From NCBI GenBank assembly GCA_947478395.1, contig CANJVR010000001.1:64001-128000 (forward strand): a stretch of 64,000 nt of DNA. The letters run 5' to 3'. This document shows positions 8,720 to 21,515 of the stretch, piece after piece. The notes under the pieces were generated by a model. That model did no database searches. It was not told the DNA's origin and saw only the letters and a program-made list of their open reading frames with translations. The translations under genes were made by a program, and so were the position numbers. Within the stretch, counting starts at the first letter, position 1, and each line of letters begins with the position of its first letter. Source of the DNA: Opitutia bacterium. GTDB lineage: Bacteria > Verrucomicrobiota > Verrucomicrobiia > Opitutales > Opitutaceae.

Positions 8720-9550
8720 GTGGCCAAACGCATTCTCAGCACCACCGTCCTCTGGCTGTTTATCATTGGCGTGTTGTGGTTCTTCCGGACGCCGGGCGCG
8801 CTCTTCCTCGTCGCACTAATTTCCGCCCTCACGCTGCGGGAATTTTATCGGCTCATGGCCGCCGCCGGCTGGGCGCCGTTCGCCGGACTCGGGATGTTCT
8901 TCGGCACGCTCATCACGCTATCCCCGTATATCGAAATCCGATACGGCACGCCCGCGCACCCGTTGCTGGCCCTCGCCGCGGTGGTCTTCGCCATCCGCAT
9001 CGTCGCGGAGCGCACGCCGGAAAATCGCGTCGAGGCCCTCGCGTCCACGCTCTTCGGTTTGGTTTACGTCGGCGTCTTGCTGCAATATCTCGTGCGCATC
9101 CTGACGCCGTTGCCGAGCGACACGCTCACGCCGGACGGCCGGTTGTTACTCTGCTTGTGGCTCATCGCCGTGGCGAAATTCTGCGACGTCGGCGCCCTGC
9201 TCACCGGTCTCGCCATCGGCAAACACAAGATGGCGCCGGTCATCAGTCCGAAGAAAACATGGGAGGGCGCCATCGGTGGCGTGATCACGTCGATGGGCGT
9301 CGGCGCACTCGTGGCGTGGCTGGCGCGCGATCAATTTCCCGCGCGCATGACGCCTTTGTCCGGCGCGTTGATCGCCGCGCCGATTGCGGTGATCGGGATT
9401 GTTTCCGACCTGGTCGAGTCCGTCATCAAGCGCCGGGCCGCCATCAAGGACTCCGGCCACGTCATTCCCGGCATCGGCGGCATGTTCGACTTGAGCGACA
9501 GCCTGCTCCTCACCGGGCCGGTCGCGTATTTCCTATTTGGTCTGCGCTAA
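8720..9550 (+). CDS. cdsA: Phosphatidate cytidylyltransferase
   Basis: ISPKKTWEG and DLVESVIKR..IKDSG.VIPG.GG motifs; lies between uppS and dxr. Confidence 0.95.
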   Translation: MAKRILSTTVLWLFIIGVLWFFRTPGALFLVALISALTLREFYRLMAAAGWAPFAGLGMFFGTLITLSPYIEIRYGTPAHPLLALAAVVFAIRIVAERTPENRVEALASTLFGLVYVGVLLQYLVRILTPLPSDTLTPDGRLLLCLWLIAVAKFCDVGALLTGLAIGKHKMAPVISPKKTWEGAIGGVITSMGVGALVAWLARDQFPARMTPLSGALIAAPIAVIGIVSDLVESVIKRRAAIKDSGHVIPGIGGMFDLSDSLLLTGPVAYFLFGLR

Positions 9551-9566
9551 ATCGCGCGCTCCTTCT

Positions 9567-10772
9567 GTGTCCGTCTCCACTTTTCCTCTTCGCAAACGCG
9601 TCGTCCTCCTCGGTGCCACCGGCTCCGTCGGCCAGAACGCGCTGCGCGTCATCGCCGCCCATCCCGACCAACTCGAGTTAGTCGCCATCGCCAGCCACAG
9701 CCGGTGGGAAAAACTCGCCGCCATCGGGCGCGAGTTTGGCGTGCGCCAAATCGGGATTTTCGACGAAGCCGCCTACTCGGCCGCGACGGCGCAACCGGCC
9801 GCGTTCCTGCCGGGCACGCATCTTGTCTGCGGTGTCGCCGGGCTCGCCGAACTCGCCCAGTTGCCCGAGGCCGACATCGTGCTCGTGGGGGTGGTCGGCA
9901 CAGCGGGACTCGAACCCGCCCTCGCGGCGCTCGCAGCCGGCAAGGATCTCGCACTGGCGTCGAAGGAAATTCTCGTGCTCGCCGGCAAGTTTATCCTCGA
10001 GGCGGCGCACAGCCACGGCGCGAAGCTGCTGCCCGTCGACAGCGAGCACAACGCCGTCTTCCAATGCCTGCAGGGGCATCCGCATTCGACGGTGCGCCGG
10101 GTTACGCTGACTGCGAGCGGCGGTGCTTTTCGCGACTGGCCAGCCGAACGCCTCGCGCACGTGACCCCGGCCGATGCGCTCAAGCATCCCAACTGGTCGA
10201 TGGGGCCAAAGATCACGGTCGATTCGGCGACGCTGGCCAACAAGGGCCTGGAACTCATCGAGGCGCAGTGCCTGTTCGGACTGCGGCCCGATCAGTGTGC
10301 CGCGGTGTTGCATCCGCAAAGCATCGTGCACGCCTTGGTGGAATTCACCGACGGCGCGATGCTCGCCCAGCTCTGTCCGCCGTCGATGACGTTTCCCATT
10401 CAGCACGCCCTGCTCCATCCGGCGCGCGCACCCGGCGTAGATGCCCCGCTGGATTTCACCAAGTTGCTCTCTCTGGAATTTAGGCCGATCGACGAATCGC
10501 GTTTCCCGATGCTCCGACTGGCGCGTGAAACCATGATCGCCGGCGGCGTGGCACCGGCGATTTACAACGCCGCCAACGAAGTCGCGGTCGCCGCTTTCCT
10601 GGCGGGCCAAATCCCTTTCCTTGCGATTTCCCGCGTCGTCGAACAAAGTCTCCGCACCATTCCAAACTTCGATCCTCCTGACCTGGACTCCGTCCTCGCT
10701 CTCGATGCCGAGGCCCGACGCGTGGCCGCCGAAGAGATCGCCAGCTCTTCCCTTCACTCCCTCAAAACGTAG
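9567..10772 (+). CDS. dxr: 1-deoxy-D-xylulose-5-phosphate reductoisomerase
   Basis: LLGATGSVG, LPVDSEHNA, LTASGG, HPNWSMGPKIT and NAANE motifs. GTG start assumed at 9567. Confidence 0.97.
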   Translation: MSVSTFPLRKRVVLLGATGSVGQNALRVIAAHPDQLELVAIASHSRWEKLAAIGREFGVRQIGIFDEAAYSAATAQPAAFLPGTHLVCGVAGLAELAQLPEADIVLVGVVGTAGLEPALAALAAGKDLALASKEILVLAGKFILEAAHSHGAKLLPVDSEHNAVFQCLQGHPHSTVRRVTLTASGGAFRDWPAERLAHVTPADALKHPNWSMGPKITVDSATLANKGLELIEAQCLFGLRPDQCAAVLHPQSIVHALVEFTDGAMLAQLCPPSMTFPIQHALLHPARAPGVDAPLDFTKLLSLEFRPIDESRFPMLRLARETMIAGGVAPAIYNAANEVAVAAFLAGQIPFLAISRVVEQSLRTIPNFDPPDLDSVLALDAEARRVAAEEIASSSLHSLKT

Positions 10773-10783
10773 CCGAAACTCCC

Positions 10784-12205
10784 ATGGAGCTCATCACATC
10801 CCTTTTCTCCAACGTCTGGTCCATCTTCCTCGTCGCCTTGTTTTTCGGTGGATCGATTTTTGTCCACGAGCTCGGCCATTTTATGATCGCCCGCTGGCGC
10901 GGCGTGCATGTCGAACGATTCTCCATCGGCTTCGGTCCCGCGATCTGGTCCCGCCGCGGCCGCGACGGGGTGGAGTATCGCCTCTCGTGGTTTCCGCTCG
11001 GCGGCTACGTGCTCCTGCCGCAACTGGCGGACCTCGGGTCCATCGAGGGGGCCAGCAACGCAGATGTCACCAAGCTCCAGCCCATCGGCTACGTGACCAA
11101 GGTCATGGTGTTTATCGCCGGAGCCGCATTCAACGTGATCTTCGCCTTTCTACTCGCGTGCATCCTCTCCGCAATCGGCCTGCCAGAAAGCAGCGAGTCC
11201 GCCACCACGCGCATCGGTTACATCAGCAAAACGCTCGAGCTCCCCGATGGCACCAAGATCACCAGCCCCGCTTTGCAGGCCGGCCTTCAGATCGGTGATG
11301 TCATTCGCGCAATCGACGGCCACACCGTCCGCGACTGGAGCGAGGTGCAAAATGCGTTGCTGCTCGGCGCGGGCCGGAACGACAACGGCGAGCGCCAGAC
11401 CATCTTCACGGTTGATCGCAACGGCCAGCTGATCGATCTCGCGGCCCGGCCGCGGCTCGTCGGGGTCGAAAAGGATCGCCGCGTCGGCATCGCGCCCGGC
11501 TACGAGCTGATCGTCTACAAAGTCGCGCCCCAAACGCCCGCGGATGCGGCCGGTCTCCGCAAGGACGACGAATTGCTCAAAGTCGATGGCACCCCGGTGA
11601 TCAGCCTGCCGGCGTTCAGCGAGATCATCTCCGCCGATCCCACCAAGCCCTCCGTCATAGTGGTCCGCCGGGCCGGCGCCGAAGTCACGCTCACCCTGCC
11701 AGCCCGCGGACCGGCGGCGGCACCCAACACGCTCGGCGTCGACTTTATCGTTGGCTCCCGCCTGACGCATCCCTCGCCGTTCGCCCAAGTGTATGCGCCG
11801 GTCGTGATGACGTTTCGCACGCTGTGGAGCCTGATCAATCCCCATTCCGACGTCGGTATTTCAAAACTTACCGGCCCGATCGGTATCGCGCGCATTTTTC
11901 ACACCGCCGCCGAAATCGGCCCGCGCGCGATCCTGCTCTTCACGATTCTCATCAACGTGAATCTCGCCGTCTTCAATCTCCTCCCGATCCCCGTGCTCGA
12001 CGGAGGGCAGATCCTGTTCGCAACCATCGGCAAACTTCGCGGACGTGCCCTGCCGATAAACTTCATCATGGCGGCGCAGAGCGTTTTCATGGTGCTGCTC
12101 TTTTCGATGGTGATTTACGTGAGCTTCTTCGACGTCCGCCGGCTCGTGCGCGATGTCCAGGCCGATCGCGCCGAGGCCGCGCACCCACCTGCGCCCGCCA
12201 AGTAA
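10784..12205 (+). CDS. rseP: RIP metalloprotease RseP with two PDZ domains
   Basis: HELGH, FSIGFG and NLLPIPVLDGG motifs. Confidence 0.96.
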   Translation: MELITSLFSNVWSIFLVALFFGGSIFVHELGHFMIARWRGVHVERFSIGFGPAIWSRRGRDGVEYRLSWFPLGGYVLLPQLADLGSIEGASNADVTKLQPIGYVTKVMVFIAGAAFNVIFAFLLACILSAIGLPESSESATTRIGYISKTLELPDGTKITSPALQAGLQIGDVIRAIDGHTVRDWSEVQNALLLGAGRNDNGERQTIFTVDRNGQLIDLAARPRLVGVEKDRRVGIAPGYELIVYKVAPQTPADAAGLRKDDELLKVDGTPVISLPAFSEIISADPTKPSVIVVRRAGAEVTLTLPARGPAAAPNTLGVDFIVGSRLTHPSPFAQVYAPVVMTFRTLWSLINPHSDVGISKLTGPIGIARIFHTAAEIGPRAILLFTILINVNLAVFNLLPIPVLDGGQILFATIGKLRGRALPINFIMAAQSVFMVLLFSMVIYVSFFDVRRLVRDVQADRAEAAHPPAPAK

Positions 12206-12248
12206 GGAGGCCCGCCGGACGGCGTCCGCGCTCCTTCCTGATGTTTTC

Positions 12249-14270
12249 ATGAGCTACTGCGTCTCGCGCTTTCAAACCGCCCGCCGGGCCACCCACGAAG
12301 TCCTCGTCGGCTCGGTCGGCGTCGGCGGCAACCATCCCGTGCGTCTGCAGTCGATGACCACCAGCGACACGCAGGACATCGCCGCCACGGTGCGCCAGTC
12401 CATCGCGCTGGCCGAGGTCGGCTGCGAAATCGTGCGCATCACCGCGCCCAACGTCGCGGCCGCCCAGTGTCTCCGACCCATTCGTGAGCAATTCACGGCC
12501 GCCGGCTTTGGCCATATCCCGCTCGTGGCCGACATTCATTTTCTGCCGAGCGCCGCGATGGAAGCAGTGGAGCACGTCGAAAAAATCCGCGTCAACCCGG
12601 GCAACTACGCCGACAAGAAAAAATTCGCGGTGCGGGACTACACCGAAGCCGACTACGACCGGGAGCTTTCCCGCCTGCACGAGACGTTTTCGCCGTTGGT
12701 GCTGCGGGCGAAATCGCTCGGTCGTGCGCTGCGCATCGGCACCAACCATGGCTCACTCTCCGACCGGATCATGAATCGGTATGGCGACACGCCGCTCGGC
12801 ATGGTCGAGAGCGCGCTCGAATTTCTCCGTATCGCCGAAAGCCATTCGTTCAAGCAGATCATCCTTTCGATGAAGGCCTCGAATCCGAAGGTGATGATCC
12901 AGGCCTACCGCCTCCTCGTGCAACGCATGGCGCAGGAGCAGATGCACTATCCCCTCCATCTCGGCGTCACTGAGGCCGGCGACGGCGAAGACGGCCGGAT
13001 TAAGAGCGCCATCGGGATCGGCAGCCTGCTCCTCGACGGTCTCGGCGACACCATTCGCGTTTCTCTCACCGAGGACAGCGTCTACGAAGTCCCCGTCGCC
13101 CGCGCCATCGCCGACAAGGTGATGTCACGGTGGCGTGAAGCGGCGGTCGTCCCGGCCACCGATGCGATCGATCCCTATCATTTTTCCCGGCGCGCCATCG
13201 CGCCGCTGCAGATTGGAAAAGATATCACGCTCGACGCCGAACATCCGCCCACGGTCCTCACCCGCGTTTCGCTCGCTGCGCTCACGGCTCCGGGCGCGAA
13301 AATCGAGCAACCGAAAAACGCCGACACCCCGCACGAGGGCCTGCTCGTCGCAGTGACTTCGCCCGCCGACCTCGCCGCGCTGGCTTCGGCTTCGTCGCCC
13401 GCGGGGCGTTTCCTCGCGCTCGAACTTTCCCCTACGCTCAGCCCCGAAGCGCTCACTCCATTCGCCGAAACCAGCCGGACCCCCTTGGTTCTCGTGCGCG
13501 CTTTCGGCGGTGACGAATCGGCCGCACTCGCGGCGTTTGTCACACTGGCGCGACGCCATGGTCACACGCTCGCGATCGCCACGACCGCGCTCGATCTCGC
13601 CACGCTGGCGCCGACCCTGCGCGCCCTCGGAGAAGCCAATCTCATTTTCACCCTCCACTCGCCCGTCCCGTCAACGTCGTCCGATTCGGGGCACAGCATC
13701 GGAGCGTATCGCGCGCTCGTCGCCGCTCTGTCGACGGCCGGCTCGCGGGCGCCGCTCTGGATCCGCAATACATCGGAGACCGCGGTGCGCGGCGAAAATA
13801 CTTTTCTCTCCCGTCTTCTCGAGGCCTCGTTCCTCACCGGTTCGCTGCTGTGCGACGGGCTGGGCGATCTCGTCAGCATCGAGACCGAGCCCGACGCGGT
13901 GCGGTCGACGACCCTCGTCTACAATGTGCTCCAAGGCGCCGGGGCGCGCTCGTCCAAAACCGAGTTCGTCGCATGTCCAAGTTGTGGACGCACACTCTTC
14001 GATCTGCAGAGCACGACGCAGCGGATCCGCGCGCAGACCGGCCATCTGAAAGGCGTAAAGATCGCGATCATGGGTTGCATTGTGAACGGCCCGGGCGAAA
14101 TGGCCGACGCGGATTTCGGCTATGTCGGCGGTGCGCCGGGGAAGATCAATCTCTACGTCGGAAAGTCCTGCGTGCAGTACAACCTGCCACAGGCCGAGGC
14201 GGACGGACGTTTGATCGCCCTGATCAAGGCCCACGGCCGATGGGTGGAACCGGCGCTACCGGTCACCTAG
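12249..14270 (+). CDS. ispG: (E)-4-hydroxy-3-methylbut-2-enyl-diphosphate synthase, long form with central insert
   Basis: QSMTT, PLVADIHF, RVNPGN, HLGVTEAG, ACPSCGR and MGCIVNGPGE motifs, plus a large central insertion. Confidence 0.97.
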   Translation: MSYCVSRFQTARRATHEVLVGSVGVGGNHPVRLQSMTTSDTQDIAATVRQSIALAEVGCEIVRITAPNVAAAQCLRPIREQFTAAGFGHIPLVADIHFLPSAAMEAVEHVEKIRVNPGNYADKKKFAVRDYTEADYDRELSRLHETFSPLVLRAKSLGRALRIGTNHGSLSDRIMNRYGDTPLGMVESALEFLRIAESHSFKQIILSMKASNPKVMIQAYRLLVQRMAQEQMHYPLHLGVTEAGDGEDGRIKSAIGIGSLLLDGLGDTIRVSLTEDSVYEVPVARAIADKVMSRWREAAVVPATDAIDPYHFSRRAIAPLQIGKDITLDAEHPPTVLTRVSLAALTAPGAKIEQPKNADTPHEGLLVAVTSPADLAALASASSPAGRFLALELSPTLSPEALTPFAETSRTPLVLVRAFGGDESAALAAFVTLARRHGHTLAIATTALDLATLAPTLRALGEANLIFTLHSPVPSTSSDSGHSIGAYRALVAALSTAGSRAPLWIRNTSETAVRGENTFLSRLLEASFLTGSLLCDGLGDLVSIETEPDAVRSTTLVYNVLQGAGARSSKTEFVACPSCGRTLFDLQSTTQRIRAQTGHLKGVKIAIMGCIVNGPGEMADADFGYVGGAPGKINLYVGKSCVQYNLPQAEADGRLIALIKAHGRWVEPALPVT

Positions 14271-14367
14271 CGCAGTCGAGCGAAAGGCGTAACCACTCAC
14301 GTTGTCGCGGCGGGCGTCCCTGCCTGCCGCGACGCAAAACGGATCCAGAGAAATTTAAATCGCTTGA
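14268..14367 (-). mobile_element. Degenerate MITE/REPIN-like element, 100 bp, one REP unit
   Basis: Begins at the ispG TAG stop. Single REP-like hairpin GTCGCGGCGGGCGTCCCTGCCTGCCGCGAC, then GCAAAACGG...TTAAATCGCTTGA matching the reverse complement of the element's left end. Confidence 0.6.
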
Positions 14368-14892
14368 GCGCGACGATTCATCGCTCCGCGGCGGTGCCGA
14401 CTACGAAGAATTTCGCGCGGGGCGTATCGCCGATTCCACTCACTGCCACTTTTCCGTAACGCCGCTGTAACCTTGCCTGCGGCTTGCCAAGCCACTTCCC
14501 GCGCGACGTAAGTCCACACGTTATACGTTCGCGACCGCGTTTTTTTCCGCGCCTGAATTTGGCCCGCGCTGGCAACGAAAAAAGCGAAAAAGTTATGCCC
14601 ATATTCGATGTGAGTAACTTGGTGAAAACTTCGCCTTGTCATGCATTTTGGCTTCGCAGTTATTGCGCCCTTCGTTCGTTGTTTCGATCCGCTCCCTGGT
14701 TCTTTCTCACTTCGTTTTTAGCTCAACTTTAAAGCCGCATCCAGTAGCTCAAGCTACATTCTGTTCATCAACATTTTACATTCGCCGCACCTACCCCTCC
14801 ATGCCGATGACCAGACATTTCCATTTTGTTTCGTCGGTGACTTCAAGTTTCAGCCCAGAACGCAGGCGAGAAAATGCCCATGGACGGCCCGC

Positions 14893-14901
14893 TGTGAATA
14901 A
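14893..14901 (-). promoter_or_regulatory. DnaA box upstream of dnaA
   Basis: TGTGAATAA (TTATTCACA on the minus strand) matches TTWTNCACA. A one-mismatch box TGTGAGTAA lies at 14609-14617. Confidence 0.65.
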
Positions 14902-14923
14902 ACCTGTCCCTGTCGCCCGCTAA

Positions 14924-16306
14924 ATGCCCACCACCTCCCTGCCTCCCAGTCTCTGGGAAACGGTGAAATGCGATCTAAAGTCGCTCTTTCCCGAAGAAGT
15001 TTTCCACATGTGGTTCGAGCCCGTGGTGTGCCTCGAAGCCACCGAAGACACGCTTACGCTCGGAGTCCCCAACGAATTCGCCTCGATCTGGATACACGAC
15101 AATTACCTCGACCTGATCACCCAGCGCCTGCGGCTTAGCGCCGGGCGCCTCGTGAACGTGAAGCTGCGCACCGCGGACACCGCGCATTCGACCGCCTCGA
15201 CCCGCGCCGACGCCCCAACCCGCCATTCACGTTCCACCGCCCCGGCCCGACGGGCCCCACGCTACGACGAACGCGGACCCGCTTCAGGCACGCTCAATCC
15301 CCGCAATACGTTCGAGAACTTTATCGTCGGGTCCAACAATCAGATGGCGCACGCAGCCGCCCTGGCTGTCGCCCAAGCGCCCGCGCAGGCCTACAATCCG
15401 CTCTTCCTTTACGGCGATACCGGCCTCGGCAAAACCCACCTGATGCACGCCATCGGGCATGCGATTCTGCGGAATAATCCCGAATCGCGCGTCGCCTACC
15501 TCTCGACCGAGAAATTCACCAACGAATTCATCCAGGCGCTCCAGGAGAACGGCCTCACCAAATTCCGCCAGCGCTACCGTAACGCCGACGTGCTGCTCCT
15601 CGACGACGTCCAGTTCCTCGCCAACAAAGAACGCATCCAGGAAGAATTTTTCCACACGTTCAACGATCTCTTCGAGTCCGGGAAACAAATCATTCTTTCC
15701 AGCGACCGCCGCGCTTCCGAAATCCAGAAACTCGAATCGCGCCTCGTTTCGCGTTTCGAATGGGGTCTACCCGCCGACATCCAGGCGCCTGATTTCGAAA
15801 CCCGCGTCGCCATCCTTCGCACCAAGGCCGCCACGCACAAATGCGATCTGCCGCCGGCGATCATCAATTTTATCGCGCAGCACGTGACCAAAAACATCCG
15901 CCGGCTCGAGGGCGCGTTGATCAAGGTCGCCAGTTATTCGGCCCTCACCAGCAAGCCCCTCGACCTCGTGACGGCCGAGCGTCTTTTGCACGACTTGTTG
16001 ATGGAGCAGGCCCAGACCGTTCTCACCATCGAGACCATCCAGAAACGCGTGGCCGATCATTTTCAGATCCGGCACAGCGACATGACGAGCAAGCGCCGGC
16101 CCAACAACATCGCGATTCCCCGGCAGATCGCGATGTACATCGCACGCACGCTCACGAAGCACTCCCTCCAGGAAATCGGCGACCTCTTTGGCGGCCGCGA
16201 TCACGGCACCGTCATCCACGCCTGCAAGGCCGTGGACAACATGATGGAGCAGGACGCCGCCACCCGGAGCAGCGTGGAATTCCTGAAGACGCAACTCTCG
16301 CGCTGA
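14924..16306 (+). CDS. dnaA: Chromosomal replication initiator DnaA
   Basis: YNPLFLYGDTGLGKTHL, LLLDDVQF, QEEFFHTFN, RLVSRFEWGL and FGGRDHGTVIHA motifs. Confidence 0.99.
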   Translation: MPTTSLPPSLWETVKCDLKSLFPEEVFHMWFEPVVCLEATEDTLTLGVPNEFASIWIHDNYLDLITQRLRLSAGRLVNVKLRTADTAHSTASTRADAPTRHSRSTAPARRAPRYDERGPASGTLNPRNTFENFIVGSNNQMAHAAALAVAQAPAQAYNPLFLYGDTGLGKTHLMHAIGHAILRNNPESRVAYLSTEKFTNEFIQALQENGLTKFRQRYRNADVLLLDDVQFLANKERIQEEFFHTFNDLFESGKQIILSSDRRASEIQKLESRLVSRFEWGLPADIQAPDFETRVAILRTKAATHKCDLPPAIINFIAQHVTKNIRRLEGALIKVASYSALTSKPLDLVTAERLLHDLLMEQAQTVLTIETIQKRVADHFQIRHSDMTSKRRPNNIAIPRQIAMYIARTLTKHSLQEIGDLFGGRDHGTVIHACKAVDNMMEQDAATRSSVEFLKTQLSR

Positions 16307-16459
16307 TTCGGGCGCCGCGACCTCGGTCCGGAATTTAGGGGAAGGGCCCACATCGACCAGCGCTCCGCACCGGTGCCAGGGCCGAGTAGCGTGCACGCTC
16401 AGCTTGCGTCATTCGCATTTCTTCACGTCATTCTCGGACAAACCTCTTTCATTTCATTC

Positions 16460-17053
16460 ATGGCCCTCACTGCTGAACAAAAGTCCGTCGTCACCACCTG
16501 GATCGCCGCGGGCGATAATCTTTCGACCGTTCAGAAAAAACTCCGTGATGAGTTCAAGGTCTCCATGACCTACATGGACGTCCGTTTCCTCGTCGACGAC
16601 CTCAACCTGACACTGAAGGACCCGTTGCCCAAAGCGGATACGCGTGACGTCTCGAAAACACCCGCGCCGAAGCAACCCGGCACGGCGCCCGCGCCTCTCG
16701 CGCCAGACGCGGCCCCATCCGGAGCCGCTCACTCCGACCGCGGCGGCGAAAATCTGGATGCGCTCCCGACCGAGCTTGATTCGAACGCCGAACCTGCCGT
16801 GGAAGGCGAGGCCCTCCCTCCCGCCGGACCCAATTTGGTGGTCGTGACGGTGGATAAAGTTACCCTCATTCCGGGCGCACTCGCTGGCGGCAGCGTAACC
16901 TTTAGCGATGGCGTGACCGGCAAATGGGTCATCGACCAGCAATACCGCCCCGGCTTCACCGAAATCAGCCAGCCCGGTTACCGCCCGTCGCCGACCGACG
17001 CCCAAGCTTTCATGCAGGAGCTAAGTCGTCTGCTTCAGTCGCGCGGATTCTGA
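16460..17053 (+). CDS. Hypothetical protein (two globular parts joined by a Pro/Ala linker)
   Basis: Clean ORF with host-like codons. N-terminal helical segment (..MTYMDVRFLVDDL) and C-terminal beta-rich segment (GSVTFSDG). Confidence 0.75.
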   Translation: MALTAEQKSVVTTWIAAGDNLSTVQKKLRDEFKVSMTYMDVRFLVDDLNLTLKDPLPKADTRDVSKTPAPKQPGTAPAPLAPDAAPSGAAHSDRGGENLDALPTELDSNAEPAVEGEALPPAGPNLVVVTVDKVTLIPGALAGGSVTFSDGVTGKWVIDQQYRPGFTEISQPGYRPSPTDAQAFMQELSRLLQSRGF

Positions 17054-17416
17054 GGGTTAGCACCCGGATCAGGAAAATCCGCCGGTGCTCAAATCCCGCG
17101 GGCGGCTGAGAAAGAAAAGTCCGTCCGAAGATCGCCCGCTCGCCGACACTGCGGAGCGCGCGCGAACTCACGAACAACCGGGCGCGGCTCGTTCGGCCGT
17201 TGGCGGGTAAAACCCAGTAAACGCGGCACGATTTGCGGCCGCCGACAAGTCTCGTCGCGACCTGTCCGAGATGAGGCTTCATTGCTTTGTCCGTGACCCT
17301 CGTCCCCAGCAGGTCGGAAAAACTGAGCACCGCCGGCAGCGAATGATCGACCATGTTGCGCCGCTGGCGTTCCGGCCTCGCGTCAAGTCCGGTGGGGTTG
17401 CCACCGAACGGATGAA

Positions 17417-20052
<2,636 letters not shown>

Positions 20053-20162
20053 AGCCTTTTGTAAACACAGGGACGAACTCGGTTCCGCAACCAGAAAGCT
20101 CGCCTCATCGACTGCATTTCCCGTCCAGAATTTTTTGCCCCAGCGCGGACCGAAGCCGGACC

Positions 20163-20195
20163 CGCTGAATGTCACTTAATAAGTGACATTCAGCG
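20163..20195. repeat. Perfect 33-bp palindrome containing core TGTCACTTAATAAGTGACA
   Basis: CGCTGAATGTCACTTA-A-TAAGTGACATTCAGCG. A related core occurs at 61335-61353. Confidence 0.85.
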
Positions 20196-20371
20196 TGGGC
20201 CTTCGCGTGGCTCCGGGCGCGACTGGTTCGCGGTCCGGTGGATGAAAATCGATCGGATGCAGAAGGCCGGCCCTACCTTATTTACGCGCTCCCGCCGCTA
20301 TTTTATCCGCCCGGGTTTTCTGCTTGCGGATCGAACGGTCCCCGCGCTTCCTGCCCCTTTCTGCTTTTTGT

Positions 20372-20448
<77 letters not shown>

Positions 20449-20780
20449 TTTTCCGAGCGGGTTTTTAAAGCCCTCGCAGAGAGCCACGGTGCTCGCACCG
20501 ATCACCGGTCGAGTCTTCGAAATTAAATCAAGAACCGAGCAAGAAACGCTGATGGGATTTTCCCCATGGGGAAATCGTCGATCGGTGGCGTGGGCTGGGA
20601 GCACGGGGCCCAGTCCTAGAACGCGAAGACGATTAGCCGTCAGCAGGTGAGGAGATCCGCCCTCTGGCGGATCCCATCAGCGGTTCACTGGCTGTCGGCC
20701 ATTTCAGGAGCGCACCTTGCCTGGAAAACTTGCGGCGATTTTTTTTGTTTTTTGGGCCGCGACACCCAGCGTCGTAGACC

Positions 20781-21356
20781 ATGGCTACCGAACAAAAAGA
20801 GGTTCTCGATATTTTCGTTCGCACTCGCGCGCTGCTCGAGGGGCACTTTGTCCTACGGTCAGGCTTGCACAGCGGACACTATTTTCAATGCGCCCAGGTG
20901 TGTCAGCGCATGGATGCGGTCGAGCGCCTCGCCGAACTGCTCCTGGCGAAAATCCGCGCGCAGGGCATCGCGTTCGACACCGTGCTGGCTCCGGCCATGG
21001 GCGGACTGGTGATCGGGCAGGAAGTCGCCCGACAGGCAAAGGCCCGCTACATCTTCGTTGAAAAGGAAAACAACGTCCTCGTCCTGCGCCGCGGCTTCAC
21101 TCTGGCCCCGGGTGAGCGCGTGCTGGTGGTCGAAGACGTGGTCACGCGCGGTGGCCGGGTCGTCGAGTGCCTTGATATCATCCAGCCTACGCGCGCGATC
21201 GTGGCCGGCATCGGCATGCTCGTGGACCGCAGTGCGGGCACGACCAAATTTTCGGTGCCGACGGTGTCGTTGTTGGAACTGAGTTTCCCGACTTATCCCG
21301 CCGATGCCGTGCCAGAATCGCTCGCAAAAATTCCGGTGCAAAAGCCGGGGAGCTGA
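20781..21356 (+). CDS. pyrE: Orotate phosphoribosyltransferase
   Basis: GHFVLRSGLHS..YFQ and VLVVEDVVTRGG PRPP-binding motif. Confidence 0.95.
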   Translation: MATEQKEVLDIFVRTRALLEGHFVLRSGLHSGHYFQCAQVCQRMDAVERLAELLLAKIRAQGIAFDTVLAPAMGGLVIGQEVARQAKARYIFVEKENNVLVLRRGFTLAPGERVLVVEDVVTRGGRVVECLDIIQPTRAIVAGIGMLVDRSAGTTKFSVPTVSLLELSFPTYPADAVPESLAKIPVQKPGS

Positions 21357-21373
21357 AGTTTTCGAACAAATTC

Positions 21374-21491
21374 TAGAGTGGGTTCACCAAAAGCGGAGCC
21401 GCGAACAATGGAGCGGCAGGCTTCCCTGCCGGCTGAAACAACGACGCCGAACCCGGCAGGCAGGGACGCCTGCCGCTACCCAAAACGGCCG
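21374..21491 (-). mobile_element. Partial MITE/REPIN-like element
   Basis: TAGAGTGGGTTCACCAAAAGCGGAGCCGC is the reverse complement of the right end of the 7374-7512 copy. Degenerate REP near 21410 and intact inverted REP at 21455-21479. The other end has diverged. Confidence 0.7.
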
Positions 21492-21515
21492 AAAGGCGAC
21501 GCGGTGCGTTGGCTA

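Noticed and set aside
17010..17354. 114-aa ORF downstream of ligA
   Set aside because: It overlaps the convergent gene and has no recognisable motif. It could be real but cannot be supported.
20559..20574. Palindrome TTTCCCCATGGGGAAA as a parS site
   Set aside because: Too many mismatches to TGTTTCACGTGAAACA. No convincing parS was seen in the window.
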